The notes under the pieces are model-generated. The model was not told the DNA's origin. It was given only the letters and a program-made list of their open reading frames with translations, and did no database searches. A DNA stretch of 64,000 nt from assembly GCA_964483145.1 (NCBI GenBank), contig CAZAAK010000001.1:2575-66574 (forward strand). The letters run 5' to 3'. This stretch comes from an uncultured Bacteroidaceae bacterium. Its GTDB lineage: Bacteria > Bacteroidota > Bacteroidia > Bacteroidales > P3. Made by a program: the position numbers and the translations under genes. Positions 32,501-39,059 of this stretch are shown here, piece after piece. Every line of letters starts with the position of its first letter. Within the stretch, counting starts at the first letter, position 1.

Positions 32501-32957
32501 CAGGGCTGTATCCGGTGGTGAGGAAGTAGTAGTTGTTGTTTGCGTAGGCGTGCGGGGTGTACTCGAACAGCCCGTCGCTATTGTTGTAGCGCCACACCCC
32601 CGGCCCCTCGCCATAGAACAGGATGCAGTCCTCCGCCTCAAAGATGCCGTTCCCGTTTGCGTCCTCCACTTCTATTGCTGCCGGCACTAGGTCGTCGGGG
32701 TGCGAGGCCATGTTGCTCGCACTCAGCATCCCCCCAGCGGCGCCAAAGAGGGCAATGCCGCTACATTGGGCGCCCAATAGCTCCGGCACATCGCTAGTGC
32801 CAATGGCGTACACTCCCGCGCTCTCTACGGCTATCTTGTGCCAGCTCCCCGTGCCTAGTTTCGAACCCCCGGCGTAGCCGCTCTGGGCTTTGGCATCCGC
32901 CACGCCCAGCAGCCCTAGGGCAAGCAAGCTGGCGGCAAACATTTTTCCTTTACGCAT
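29574..32957 (-). CDS. porU: type IX secretion system sortase PorU (C25-like peptidase with C-terminal T9SS domain)
   Basis: 1127 aa with a signal peptide, a gingipain/C25-like core (..YIGHGS..FVTSTCSFG..), and a C-terminal CTD-like beta-sandwich (..SGVYMVRATL..). Confidence 0.85.
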   Translation of the reverse strand: MRKGKMFAASLLALGLLGVADAKAQSGYAGGSKLGTGSWHKIAVESAGVYAIGTSDVPELLGAQCSGIALFGAAGGMLSASNMASHPDDLVPAAIEVEDANGNGIFEAEDCILFYGEGPGVWRYNNSDGLFEYTPHAYANNNYYFLTTGYSPVDSTLRLQSASYTATTTATTGSYTAVALYHEESVNPVEGGPLWMAERLSTAMPSRSHTLALPAEPEGGNATVRYGLAHLSDYAGQFTLAAGGETWSNHFDAYNTYNTFCHRLTACGNEVELKLTYTPRENTAAGYLDFIEVSATVPLAYQGGQQLLRSTQRLQEGSVGRFAGTGYAEGMRLWDVSEPEQPREIAVHAEAGGGFGFAAPTDAPRTLVAFTRESAMHPTGIEAVRNQDIHGAEVPEYVIVTHRSFEAQAQRLANLHREEEGLRVLVVTQEEVFNEYSSGRPDPIAIRQMMRSLRAKDSTGENPRHLLLFGKGTYDNRNLLGSNQLSTITYQYGNTVLSDVAAYPSDDVYGYLDDNTTGVFEGELSVGIGRLPAKTVEEAEHLVDKIEGYMSKRDLAQGGVRGDWRNRVTLLADDADPSTPGDTVFASDAEKMARSIQAKYPELNIDKIYADAYPQQSGASGSYYPEVNNALRQRINYGTLLLNYIGHGSDKYIGTERYMEFSDIEQYTNTDRLAFFVTSTCSFGHYDLVGDICGAEAFLLADAAGVGIVTAARPIHHSHPFNSRACLYALDPSNTLGQALRRTKNEVSASHCIALLGDPALRLSIPAKDVVVTAINGRQVSPEATDSAQVLSRVTVEGEIRDGGGTLDSTFNGTIYPIVFDRQSKSSTLANDNDSTEVEFVQQKSVLYKGRHGVSGGRFSYSFVIPKDVAYHYDYAKLSHYARSDDNDDATGQYSNIMFGGLDSAAGQTGGYPSVKLYIGDTNFLSGGLTNEMPTLYARLADSAGINAAGSGLGHDITATVDGNPYSTVILNDYYEPSIQDSRCGEVRYTLGKLEEGSHTLTVKCWNIFNRSASATIGFTVANDRQKQIGVFAAAPNPAHERTTLRIEHNADTALQRATVEIYDIRGARLRQLSAAGANDGSCVIALPWDFRTEGGATVPSGVYMVRATLVTSTGDVLTKTAKVVRY

Positions 32958-32958
32958 A

Positions 32959-32992
32959 CCCTCATAACGTTAAACCCCGCTTTTTATTGCAT
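32959..32992. repeat. left copy of imperfect 34-bp direct repeat
   Basis: CCCTCATAACGttaaaCcCCGCTTTTTATTGCAT; 29/34 identical to 35229..35262, including exact 11-mer and 16-mer blocks at the same spacing. Confidence 0.7.
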
Positions 32993-33077
32993 CTGTGGCA
33001 TTCTATCCATCTCTCGAGGCTAAGGTATTCGCCATCTCAGGCCGCTTACGCTTGTGCGGTTTAGGCGTTCGCCGTTG

Positions 33078-33869
33078 CTAAATCGGGTCGCTTTTCCCAG
33101 CGTTCGAAGGACGTGGTACGGGCTGGTAATGATTGTTGGCATCAAAACACGAAGCTGATGTCCCTTCAAAATCCGATATCAACCTTTTCAAGACTTCGTC
33201 TTCCCCTTTAAAAATCGTAAACCAAATAGACCAAAATCCTTGTGCTTTAGCTGATTCTATTACTCTATTTGTCGTGATTTTTCCCTCTTTGTATTCATTT
33301 AGGCAATCAGTTGCCACTTGCCAAGCCCTGCTACGGTATTGCCACCGTTTGTCTTTGGGGGAACAATTTCTTCCCCAATTGCCAATCTTGGTCAAGTCCA
33401 TTAGATTTTTGGCATGTTGCTTGGATTGTCCTGTTAAATTCGGATTCACTTGCACTATCCCTCCCGGTAGATACACAAAACTTAGAAATGTATTGTTGTT
33501 CTGAGGTAGATGCAAATCGGATGGCAGATAGTGACGAGTCGACTTTTGGCTGTTGCACATAGTGCACGCCAATAAATAGTTGTCCCAATCATGCTCGTAG
33601 TAGGCCTTGCCGGTTTTTTTGCTCAGTTCTTTGGGCTCGATATGCTCTACTGCCAAGTTCATCTCGTCGATATTATTTTCGCAGTACGAGCAAAACTCGC
33701 CAAGGTGGGCTGTTAAGTGCGGCTTGGCATCTCTATAGCAATTGTACGTCTGAAGAATAGTTTCGGACCTTGTTGCACCGCTAGCGTGATGCACTAGCAC
33801 CGTCTCGCCTGCTTTCTTTTTGTCTATAGGTCTCATCGTTCCGACAAATTTACAGTAGTCCGTGCGCAT
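33078..33869 (-). CDS. ptuB: HNH endonuclease (Septu PtuB-like / TIGR02646-like)
   Basis: CSYCEN..AVEHIEPK..WDNYLLACTMCNSQK (CxxC-H-N-CxxC). Overlaps the stop of the upstream ATPase. Start is ambiguous, with ATGs at 33908, 33869 and 33836. Confidence 0.75.
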   Translation of the reverse strand: MRTDYCKFVGTMRPIDKKKAGETVLVHHASGATRSETILQTYNCYRDAKPHLTAHLGEFCSYCENNIDEMNLAVEHIEPKELSKKTGKAYYEHDWDNYLLACTMCNSQKSTRHYLPSDLHLPQNNNTFLSFVYLPGGIVQVNPNLTGQSKQHAKNLMDLTKIGNWGRNCSPKDKRWQYRSRAWQVATDCLNEYKEGKITTNRVIESAKAQGFWSIWFTIFKGEDEVLKRLISDFEGTSASCFDANNHYQPVPRPSNAGKSDPI

Positions 33870-35190
33870 CCATCTTCTCTTCCATAAGAGCTCTGTACAC
33901 TGGGTCATTGCCAACCCTTGCTTGCAGGTGAGCGAGTCGAAGCCTCAACTCCTCCACTTCTTGCGGAGTTTTGTCCTTGGCGTGGGTGACAACCTCAAAA
34001 AACTCTTGGGCAGCGTTAAGCATCTCCATATATTCTTTGCTTCGTATCTGCGCACCCATATTCATTTCTTCCTCAGCAATGTCCTCTATACTCTTCATGT
34101 TTGGTTCTTCATCCGAAACCTCAACATCGTCAAGTACAAGCAGCTGCTCCTTTGATACACTCTGAATGATAAATGGGCTATGCGTCGTTGCGATAAACTG
34201 TATGTTTGGAAAGGCACTCTGTAGGTCCCCCAAAATGCGCCGTTGCCAAAGTGGATGCAGGAATAGGTCAAGCTCATCGATAAGCACGATGCCAGGGGTT
34301 TGATACACGGCTTCTGCCCCTAGGAAGCCGTTAAGCATAATGGCCCGATACGCAATTTCTGAAACAAGGCAGATGACAGATTTGAATCCATCGCTCATGT
34401 AATTATAGTGGTGTCGTTCTCTCACTCCGTTTATTTCTACCACTGCTTCTATCTGCCCGCTGTGCAATGTAACTTGTGATAGCATTGGTATCGCCTTGCT
34501 TATGGCCTCAAAGAACGCTTCTTTATTTCCGGCAAACACCATCCTATCTTCCATGTTCTTATCGTATTGTTTCAGCCAATCTATCGCACTGTTAAAGTCA
34601 ATGTCGTTTCTTAGCGCCGATCGGTAGGCTTTATCTATTCTTTTTAACCTCTCTTTTACCTTGCCCGATTGACGACCTTGTGCGTTCATGCGATCGGCGG
34701 AAAACGACAGAATCAGCGGAAACACAGCACCTTGTGTGGTATCCCTGCGTCTGCGTACCAGCTCGCCTGCCGCATCTATCAATTCACCAGCACATTTCCT
34801 GTTATGAACGGTATTGTTCGCCTTTGTCATCTCTCGATACCATTTTATAGGCCTCTCTTCATATAATAGCCCATCCCCTCTATCTGTTGGGAATGGGAAT
34901 AACCCCTCGACCTTTATGCACGGTTGTATCTCACTTTCCTCGTAGTCGTGGTTCCGTTCGTTGAACCATTGTCGCCGGTCTTCTTTTGTAAAATTGCACC
35001 GGAAATAGCTACCGCTGTCAAGCGTCGGCAGGGACGATAAATATCCCCCCAGCCCAATTCTGATAGCCCTGAGTAAGGATGTCTTCCCAGATGTGTTGCT
35101 GCCTACTACAACGGTAAGATTTTCATTGAACTGAAAATCTTTCGACTCATAGCATCTGAAGTTTTGTAGGTGTACCTTTCTTATTTTCAT
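33850..35190 (-). CDS. ptuA: ABC/SMC-type AAA ATPase (Septu PtuA-like, AAA_15/AAA_21 type)
   Basis: MKIRKVHLQNFRCY..VVGSNTSGKTSLLRAI (Walker A), IVLIDELDLFLHP (Walker B/D-loop), FIATTHSPFII (H-loop). Start taken at the ATG at 35190. Confidence 0.8.
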   Translation of the reverse strand: MKIRKVHLQNFRCYESKDFQFNENLTVVVGSNTSGKTSLLRAIRIGLGGYLSSLPTLDSGSYFRCNFTKEDRRQWFNERNHDYEESEIQPCIKVEGLFPFPTDRGDGLLYEERPIKWYREMTKANNTVHNRKCAGELIDAAGELVRRRRDTTQGAVFPLILSFSADRMNAQGRQSGKVKERLKRIDKAYRSALRNDIDFNSAIDWLKQYDKNMEDRMVFAGNKEAFFEAISKAIPMLSQVTLHSGQIEAVVEINGVRERHHYNYMSDGFKSVICLVSEIAYRAIMLNGFLGAEAVYQTPGIVLIDELDLFLHPLWQRRILGDLQSAFPNIQFIATTHSPFIIQSVSKEQLLVLDDVEVSDEEPNMKSIEDIAEEEMNMGAQIRSKEYMEMLNAAQEFFEVVTHAKDKTPQEVEELRLRLAHLQARVGNDPVYRALMEEKMDAHGLL

Positions 35191-35228
35191 AATGTGCCAC
35201 TTTTTTGTGGGTATACTCCTAATCCCTT

Positions 35229-35262
35229 CCCTCATAACGGCCCACACCGCTTTTTATTGCAT
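35229..35262. repeat. right copy of imperfect 34-bp direct repeat
   Basis: CCCTCATAACGgcccaCaCCGCTTTTTATTGCAT, 39-72 nt upstream of the ptuA start. Confidence 0.7.
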
Positions 35263-35439
35263 TGCCCCCTCCTTTGGCGTTCGTTGCCTCCGCTGGCGTC
35301 TTATATTTTAGGTTTGCGGCGTCCTCTCTCTTCGGGCCTTTGCCACTCCCGCTTTTGTGCCGCTAGGCGGGCATATTTGTCGTCTCTGCCCTAGAGTGTA
35401 TTCAGAATGTACTGTGCCCGAATATTTACCTGCTCAAAT

Positions 35440-35859
35440 TCAATGAGCAATGGCAATGGGGATAGATTCCCGTAACTGTGCCTCAATGGCCTTTATTTCC
35501 TTGCCAAATGCAAAATCGCGTGGCACCTGCCCCATGTACACTTCCATAATGGTCGACGCGTCCAGGCCGTATGTGACCAATTCGGTGTGGCTGTATTCCC
35601 CACCCTTGTACTCCAACCGATAAACCACATTGTCCTCTTTTGTCTCTACCGATGACATTACCAAAGGGGCGTGGGTGCTGACAATGAATTGTATTTTTGG
35701 AAATGTGTTGTGTAGCGACTTCAGTATGCGCGCCTGAAGTTCCGGGTGTAGGTGCTTGTCAATCTCATCTATAATTACAGTTCCGTGGGTGTATTGGCAG
35801 GCCTGCTCACTATACTTTGCTTTGTTCTGTATGGCACAACGGAAGACTATGTCCACCAA
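35440..35859 (-). pseudogene. C-terminal remnant of a second AAA_21-type ATPase (N-terminal Walker A half missing)
   Basis: TVIIDEIDKHLHPELQARILKSLHNTFPKIQFIVSTHAPLVMSS covers Walker B through the H-loop only. Only ~150 bp, containing a terminator, lie upstream, so no Walker A region can be encoded. Confidence 0.7.
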
Positions 35860-35908
35860 AATTCAAACTAATTGGCCAAAATTTAAGCCAAATCCAAAAG
35901 TTATAACC

Positions 35909-35943
35909 AAAAAAGACCGCCCCGCGTTGTTGGCGGGGCGGTC
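35909..35943 (-). terminator. rho-independent terminator after the LamG lipoprotein gene
   Basis: Minus-strand GACCGCCCCGC-loop-GCGGGGCGGTC followed by TTTTTT, ~70 nt past the stop at 36014. Confidence 0.8.
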
Positions 35944-36013
35944 CGATATGGGTGTTGCAATATTTGTGCTCCCTTGGCTGGGGCTGCATTGCTGCGCTTG
36001 CGCAGCGGCAGGG

Positions 36014-37663
36014 CTACTTGCTGCTGCCGGCAATCGAGCCGTAGGTGAACCAGTTGCTACGTTCCGCTTCGGTGATTACGCGGTTGTAGATGCGAATCTT
36101 ATAGATGGTGCCCTGGAAGTTGATCTTTGTGGTGCTCGTAGCGGTGCCGTCTACATCGCTCTGGTCGCCACCTACCACAGCGCGCACATAGCCTGTGGCG
36201 TCGTTGGTCTTCCATTTGTCCCACGACATCTGCGCGCTCACGTGTGCCGGAGTGGTCCAGGCGTTATTGTTTAAGCTGTTGGCAAAGAGGTGGTAGTACA
36301 CCGTGCTGGCGCTACTGCCATCGGTCACGCCGGCAGTGTCCGACGTGCCGATAATCACGGCAATGCGGTTACGGACGTAGGCTTCCGCGTCAAAGTCGCT
36401 ACGGCTCACACCTGCCCACAAGCTAAGCTTGTTGGCGTTGGCGGCAGTGGTTGAGTTGCCGTACTGCGGACCCTCGGCGTTGATGGTTAGTGCCTCGTGG
36501 GCATCGACCTTCGCGTAGCGGATGACGATGCCGTCCCAAGGCGTGGTGCCGTCCATGTCGTTATAGAGCGTGTAGAAGCGCGAACCTGTGAGGTCGGTGG
36601 CGTCGAACACGGTCGGGTCGGCGTCGATCAATATGGTGTAGCACCCCTGCTTGTCGGTGATGCGGTGGTTGGTGTTCAGGATAGGGTCGCCATCGCCGCT
36701 AAAGGTGAGGCTGTCGGCAGCGTAGACTAGGCCGTAGCTCTCACTTCCGCTCGTGTTGGCCATGTCGCTGGAGAGGTCCACATCCAGGGCGGTCCAACGG
36801 CTGCGGGTGAAGCCGAAAGTGGTGACGGAGTCGTAGCTACTGGCCAGGATGGTGCGGCTGAAGGTCTTGGCGGTGCCGCTGAGGGTGTAGTCCACCTTTA
36901 CGTTCAGCCACTGGTGCTCTCCTTGGGGGAGGTAGAAGTAGAAGAGGCCATAATTGCCGTCCAGGGTGACATTGCAGCCGCTCAGCTGCACGCTTTCCTG
37001 ACCGCCGGTGGAGGGGTTGGAGATGCTCTGTGCGGCCAAGCTGGGGAGGCCTGCATCCGACCAACTTACGCTATAGCCACCCGACAAGGCAGAAGATGTG
37101 GTGTAGGGGTAGGTGGGCTCGCTGAGGGTGATACTGCTCACCGTAGCCCCCGAGGGCCCTTTCAGGCGCAGCACACAAAGGCCGCAGAGGTTCTTGAAGT
37201 ACAGGTCAGCGTTCGAGGACTGCGCCGCCATCGGGAAGCCCGTGACATAGCCGTAGTAGCCGCCGGCATCCTGCTGCACTGCTTGATAGGGCTGCTGCGC
37301 AGGCAAGGTCACCGTGCTACTGCTCGTGGCTATCGTGGCGGGGTAGAAGGCGGTGTAGCTACTGCCCTCGCTCACGCCCGTGCCGGCAGCGGTGGTGAAG
37401 GTGGCTGCCTCCACGTCGTTCTGCTGCGTGCTATAGGTGGCGCTGCTCCCCGCAGCACCATAAATCTTAATCTCATCGCCTTGGTCCCACATAACGCGGA
37501 AGGCATGGTTTGTCACGTCGGGCTCGAGGTGCGTTTTGGCGGAGCCGGAGGCCTCGCTGAAGGCGTTAAACGAATTTACGGGTGTACCCACCTCGTCCTT
37601 CTTACAGGCGGTCAGCACCACGGCGGCGGCAAAGAGGGTCACCGCAATTATTTGCTTTTTCAT
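36014..37663 (-). CDS. surface lipoprotein, fimbrillin-like N-region with C-terminal LamG/concanavalin-like domain
   Basis: Lipobox VVLTAC. S/T/G/A-rich beta-type sequence. C-terminal ..FQGTIYKIRIYNRVITEAERSNWF resembles the LamG-domain tail motif. Confidence 0.6.
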   Translation of the reverse strand: MKKQIIAVTLFAAAVVLTACKKDEVGTPVNSFNAFSEASGSAKTHLEPDVTNHAFRVMWDQGDEIKIYGAAGSSATYSTQQNDVEAATFTTAAGTGVSEGSSYTAFYPATIATSSSTVTLPAQQPYQAVQQDAGGYYGYVTGFPMAAQSSNADLYFKNLCGLCVLRLKGPSGATVSSITLSEPTYPYTTSSALSGGYSVSWSDAGLPSLAAQSISNPSTGGQESVQLSGCNVTLDGNYGLFYFYLPQGEHQWLNVKVDYTLSGTAKTFSRTILASSYDSVTTFGFTRSRWTALDVDLSSDMANTSGSESYGLVYAADSLTFSGDGDPILNTNHRITDKQGCYTILIDADPTVFDATDLTGSRFYTLYNDMDGTTPWDGIVIRYAKVDAHEALTINAEGPQYGNSTTAANANKLSLWAGVSRSDFDAEAYVRNRIAVIIGTSDTAGVTDGSSASTVYYHLFANSLNNNAWTTPAHVSAQMSWDKWKTNDATGYVRAVVGGDQSDVDGTATSTTKINFQGTIYKIRIYNRVITEAERSNWFTYGSIAGSSK

Positions 37664-37825
37664 AACTTGTTTTGCTTAACTTACTTACTTACTTTCTTTC
37701 CTTTTTTTTGCTTAATGCAGCTAACGGATGTACCCACAACAACAATCCCGGCGTGCCCTCGGGGCAAACTGAATTTGCTTATAGCGGCAACCTTTCTTGA
37801 TGTGCTCTCGGCAACAATCCCTCCG

Positions 37826-38026
37826 TTAGAACCAGCTGCCGTGCTCGTTTTCGTTACCTGTGATGGAGCTACCATAGATGCCGCCCGTGCCTACGCTCTC
37901 GTTCCGCCGCATTAGGTCTAGGTCATTGTAGCTAGAGGTTTTGGCGGAAAAAGAAGAACTAGTAAACCCTTCCTCCACCTTGAATTCAACCACGGTTAGC
38001 TGTGGTGTGCTGTAATGCATTTTCAT
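37826..38026 (-). CDS. small hypothetical protein (66 aa), no signal peptide
   Basis: ATG start, co-oriented 162 nt upstream of the lipoprotein gene. Sequence is MKMHYSTPQLTVVEFKVEEGFTSSS... ending GSWF. Coding status unproven. Confidence 0.35.
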   Translation of the reverse strand: MKMHYSTPQLTVVEFKVEEGFTSSSFSAKTSSYNDLDLMRRNESVGTGGIYGSSITGNENEHGSWF

Positions 38027-38374
38027 GTTTTTTGATGTTTTTTCGGTTATTAACTGCTTAAATTTGCCTCGGCTCTATCGGTCGCTTTATTGCCTAAACT
38101 GCGGGTAATGTGTTCAAAATCCGCACTTTGGCGCCATCGATATTCGCCTTTTCATGTTCTATTTCCAACTATTTTTCTGCTGCAAAATTACAAACATTTT
38201 CCGACATGGCAAGTTTTTTTTCGAGATTTTTTTTCAACATTCTTTCAACATTTTTTACCCCCCCCTAACACACACTCACACATATATATACATATGCCGC
38301 TTTCTTTTTCTTTTTTCCCCCTTTTTATTTCGGATAAGATACATTCTTATATTCATACTTGTATTCATAATTCC

Positions 38375-38430
38375 CAGTGGACCCAATGGGCGATCCCTCT
38401 TTTCGCGGAACGCAGACGGAACTCATACGG
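38375..38430. repeat. direct repeat copy 1 (CAGTGGAC ... CGCGGAACGCAGACGGAACTCATACGG)
   Basis: The 27-nt core at 38404..38430 is identical to 38562..38588. Confidence 0.85.
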
Positions 38431-38468
38431 AGCCGCCCAGCTCCCTTCCGTTTATATTCTGTTTCAGT

Positions 38469-38567
38469 TCCGCGGATAAATTCCATTCATAGCGTTTTTT
38501 CTTTCATAGCGTTTTTTCTTTCCGCGGATAAAATATGCTCTCAGTGGACTATTTTTTTATCCGCGGA
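38469..38567. repeat. TCCGCGGATAAA sites (2 direct, 1 inverted) flanking a 2 x 17-bp tandem repeat
   Basis: TCCGCGGATAAA at 38469 and 38521. Inverted copy TTTATCCGCGGA at 38556. TCATAGCGTTTTTTCTT occurs twice at 38487..38520. Confidence 0.8.
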
Positions 38568-38588
38568 ACGCAGACGGAACTCATACGG
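38542..38588. repeat. direct repeat copy 2
   Basis: CAGTGGAC at 38542 and an exact 27-nt core at 38562..38588. Confidence 0.85.
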
Positions 38589-38689
38589 TGTCAGCCAATT
38601 CTTCCATCTTTTTTGCCTTGATTGTTCTATAAGCCGTATACCAAAGCCGAGGGAGGCGCACCTCTAACCTAGGGGTGGGTTGTATGTAG

Positions 38690-38807
38690 GGTCGCTTTTT
38701 TGTTTACCTTTTGTTTACTTTTCTTTTACCGTTTGTTTACCTAACCTAAACAAAAGGTAAATAAAAGGTAAAAGAAACCTAAGTAAAAGGTAAACAAAAA
38801 AGCGACC
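38690..38807. repeat. 118-bp imperfect palindrome (T-rich arm / A-rich arm)
   Basis: GGTCGCTTTTTTGTTTACC ... GGTAAACAAAAAAGCGACC gives 19 bp of perfect terminal complementarity. Inner arms are built of GTTTACC/GGTAAA(C) units. Confidence 0.85.
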
Positions 38808-38927
38808 TTACCCATACTTTACCGTAAGGGCAGTGCCCGTCTAGAGCGTTGTAGCATGCTTGCCCAGGCCAAGATTCTTTTGAGAAGGAGGGAAACTTTT
38901 TTCGGTCAGGGATGCTTTTGGGCAGGA

Positions 38928-39059
38928 GTGAGGGGTGGGGCGAGGGGCGGGGTGAGGGTCGGTGCGAGGGGTGAGGCGAGGATCGGAGCTAGGGTCGGAG
39001 CTAGAGTGGGAGCCAGGGTCGGAGTGAGGGGCGGGGTGAGGGGCGGGGTGAGGGGCGCA
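38928..39059. repeat. 11 tandem copies of a G-rich 12-mer (consensus GTGAGGGGCGGG)
   Basis: Units read off in register: gtgaggggtggg gcgaggggcggg gtgagggtcggt gcgaggggtgag gcgaggatcgga gctagggtcgga gctagagtggga gccagggtcgga gtgaggggcggg gtgaggggcggg gtgaggggcgca. Confidence 0.9.

Noticed and set aside
35170-35394. 74-aa plus-strand ORF in the ptuA upstream region
   Set aside because: It is P/L/R/S-rich, has no start context, overlaps the direct repeat, and is more likely non-coding leader or junction DNA.
32958-35439. Retron (RT + msr/msd) partnered with the ATPase/HNH pair
   Set aside because: No reverse-transcriptase ORF exists in or beside the cassette, and I could not see a convincing a1/a2 inverted-repeat ncRNA in the flanking 120-250 bp.
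36914-37915. 333-aa plus-strand ORF
   Set aside because: It is antisense to the LamG lipoprotein gene and is G/A/V-rich low complexity. The minus-strand gene has a lipobox, a terminator and a domain motif.
38090-38492. Two overlapping 112-129-aa plus-strand ORFs in AT-rich DNA
   Set aside because: They are F/I/H/S-rich low complexity, overlap the repeat units, and have no start context or motifs.
38375-39059. Possible CRISPR array
   Set aside because: The repeats are of several unrelated kinds: a 27-mer twice, a 17-mer in tandem, a 12-mer in tandem. There is no regular repeat-spacer periodicity and no cas genes in the window.
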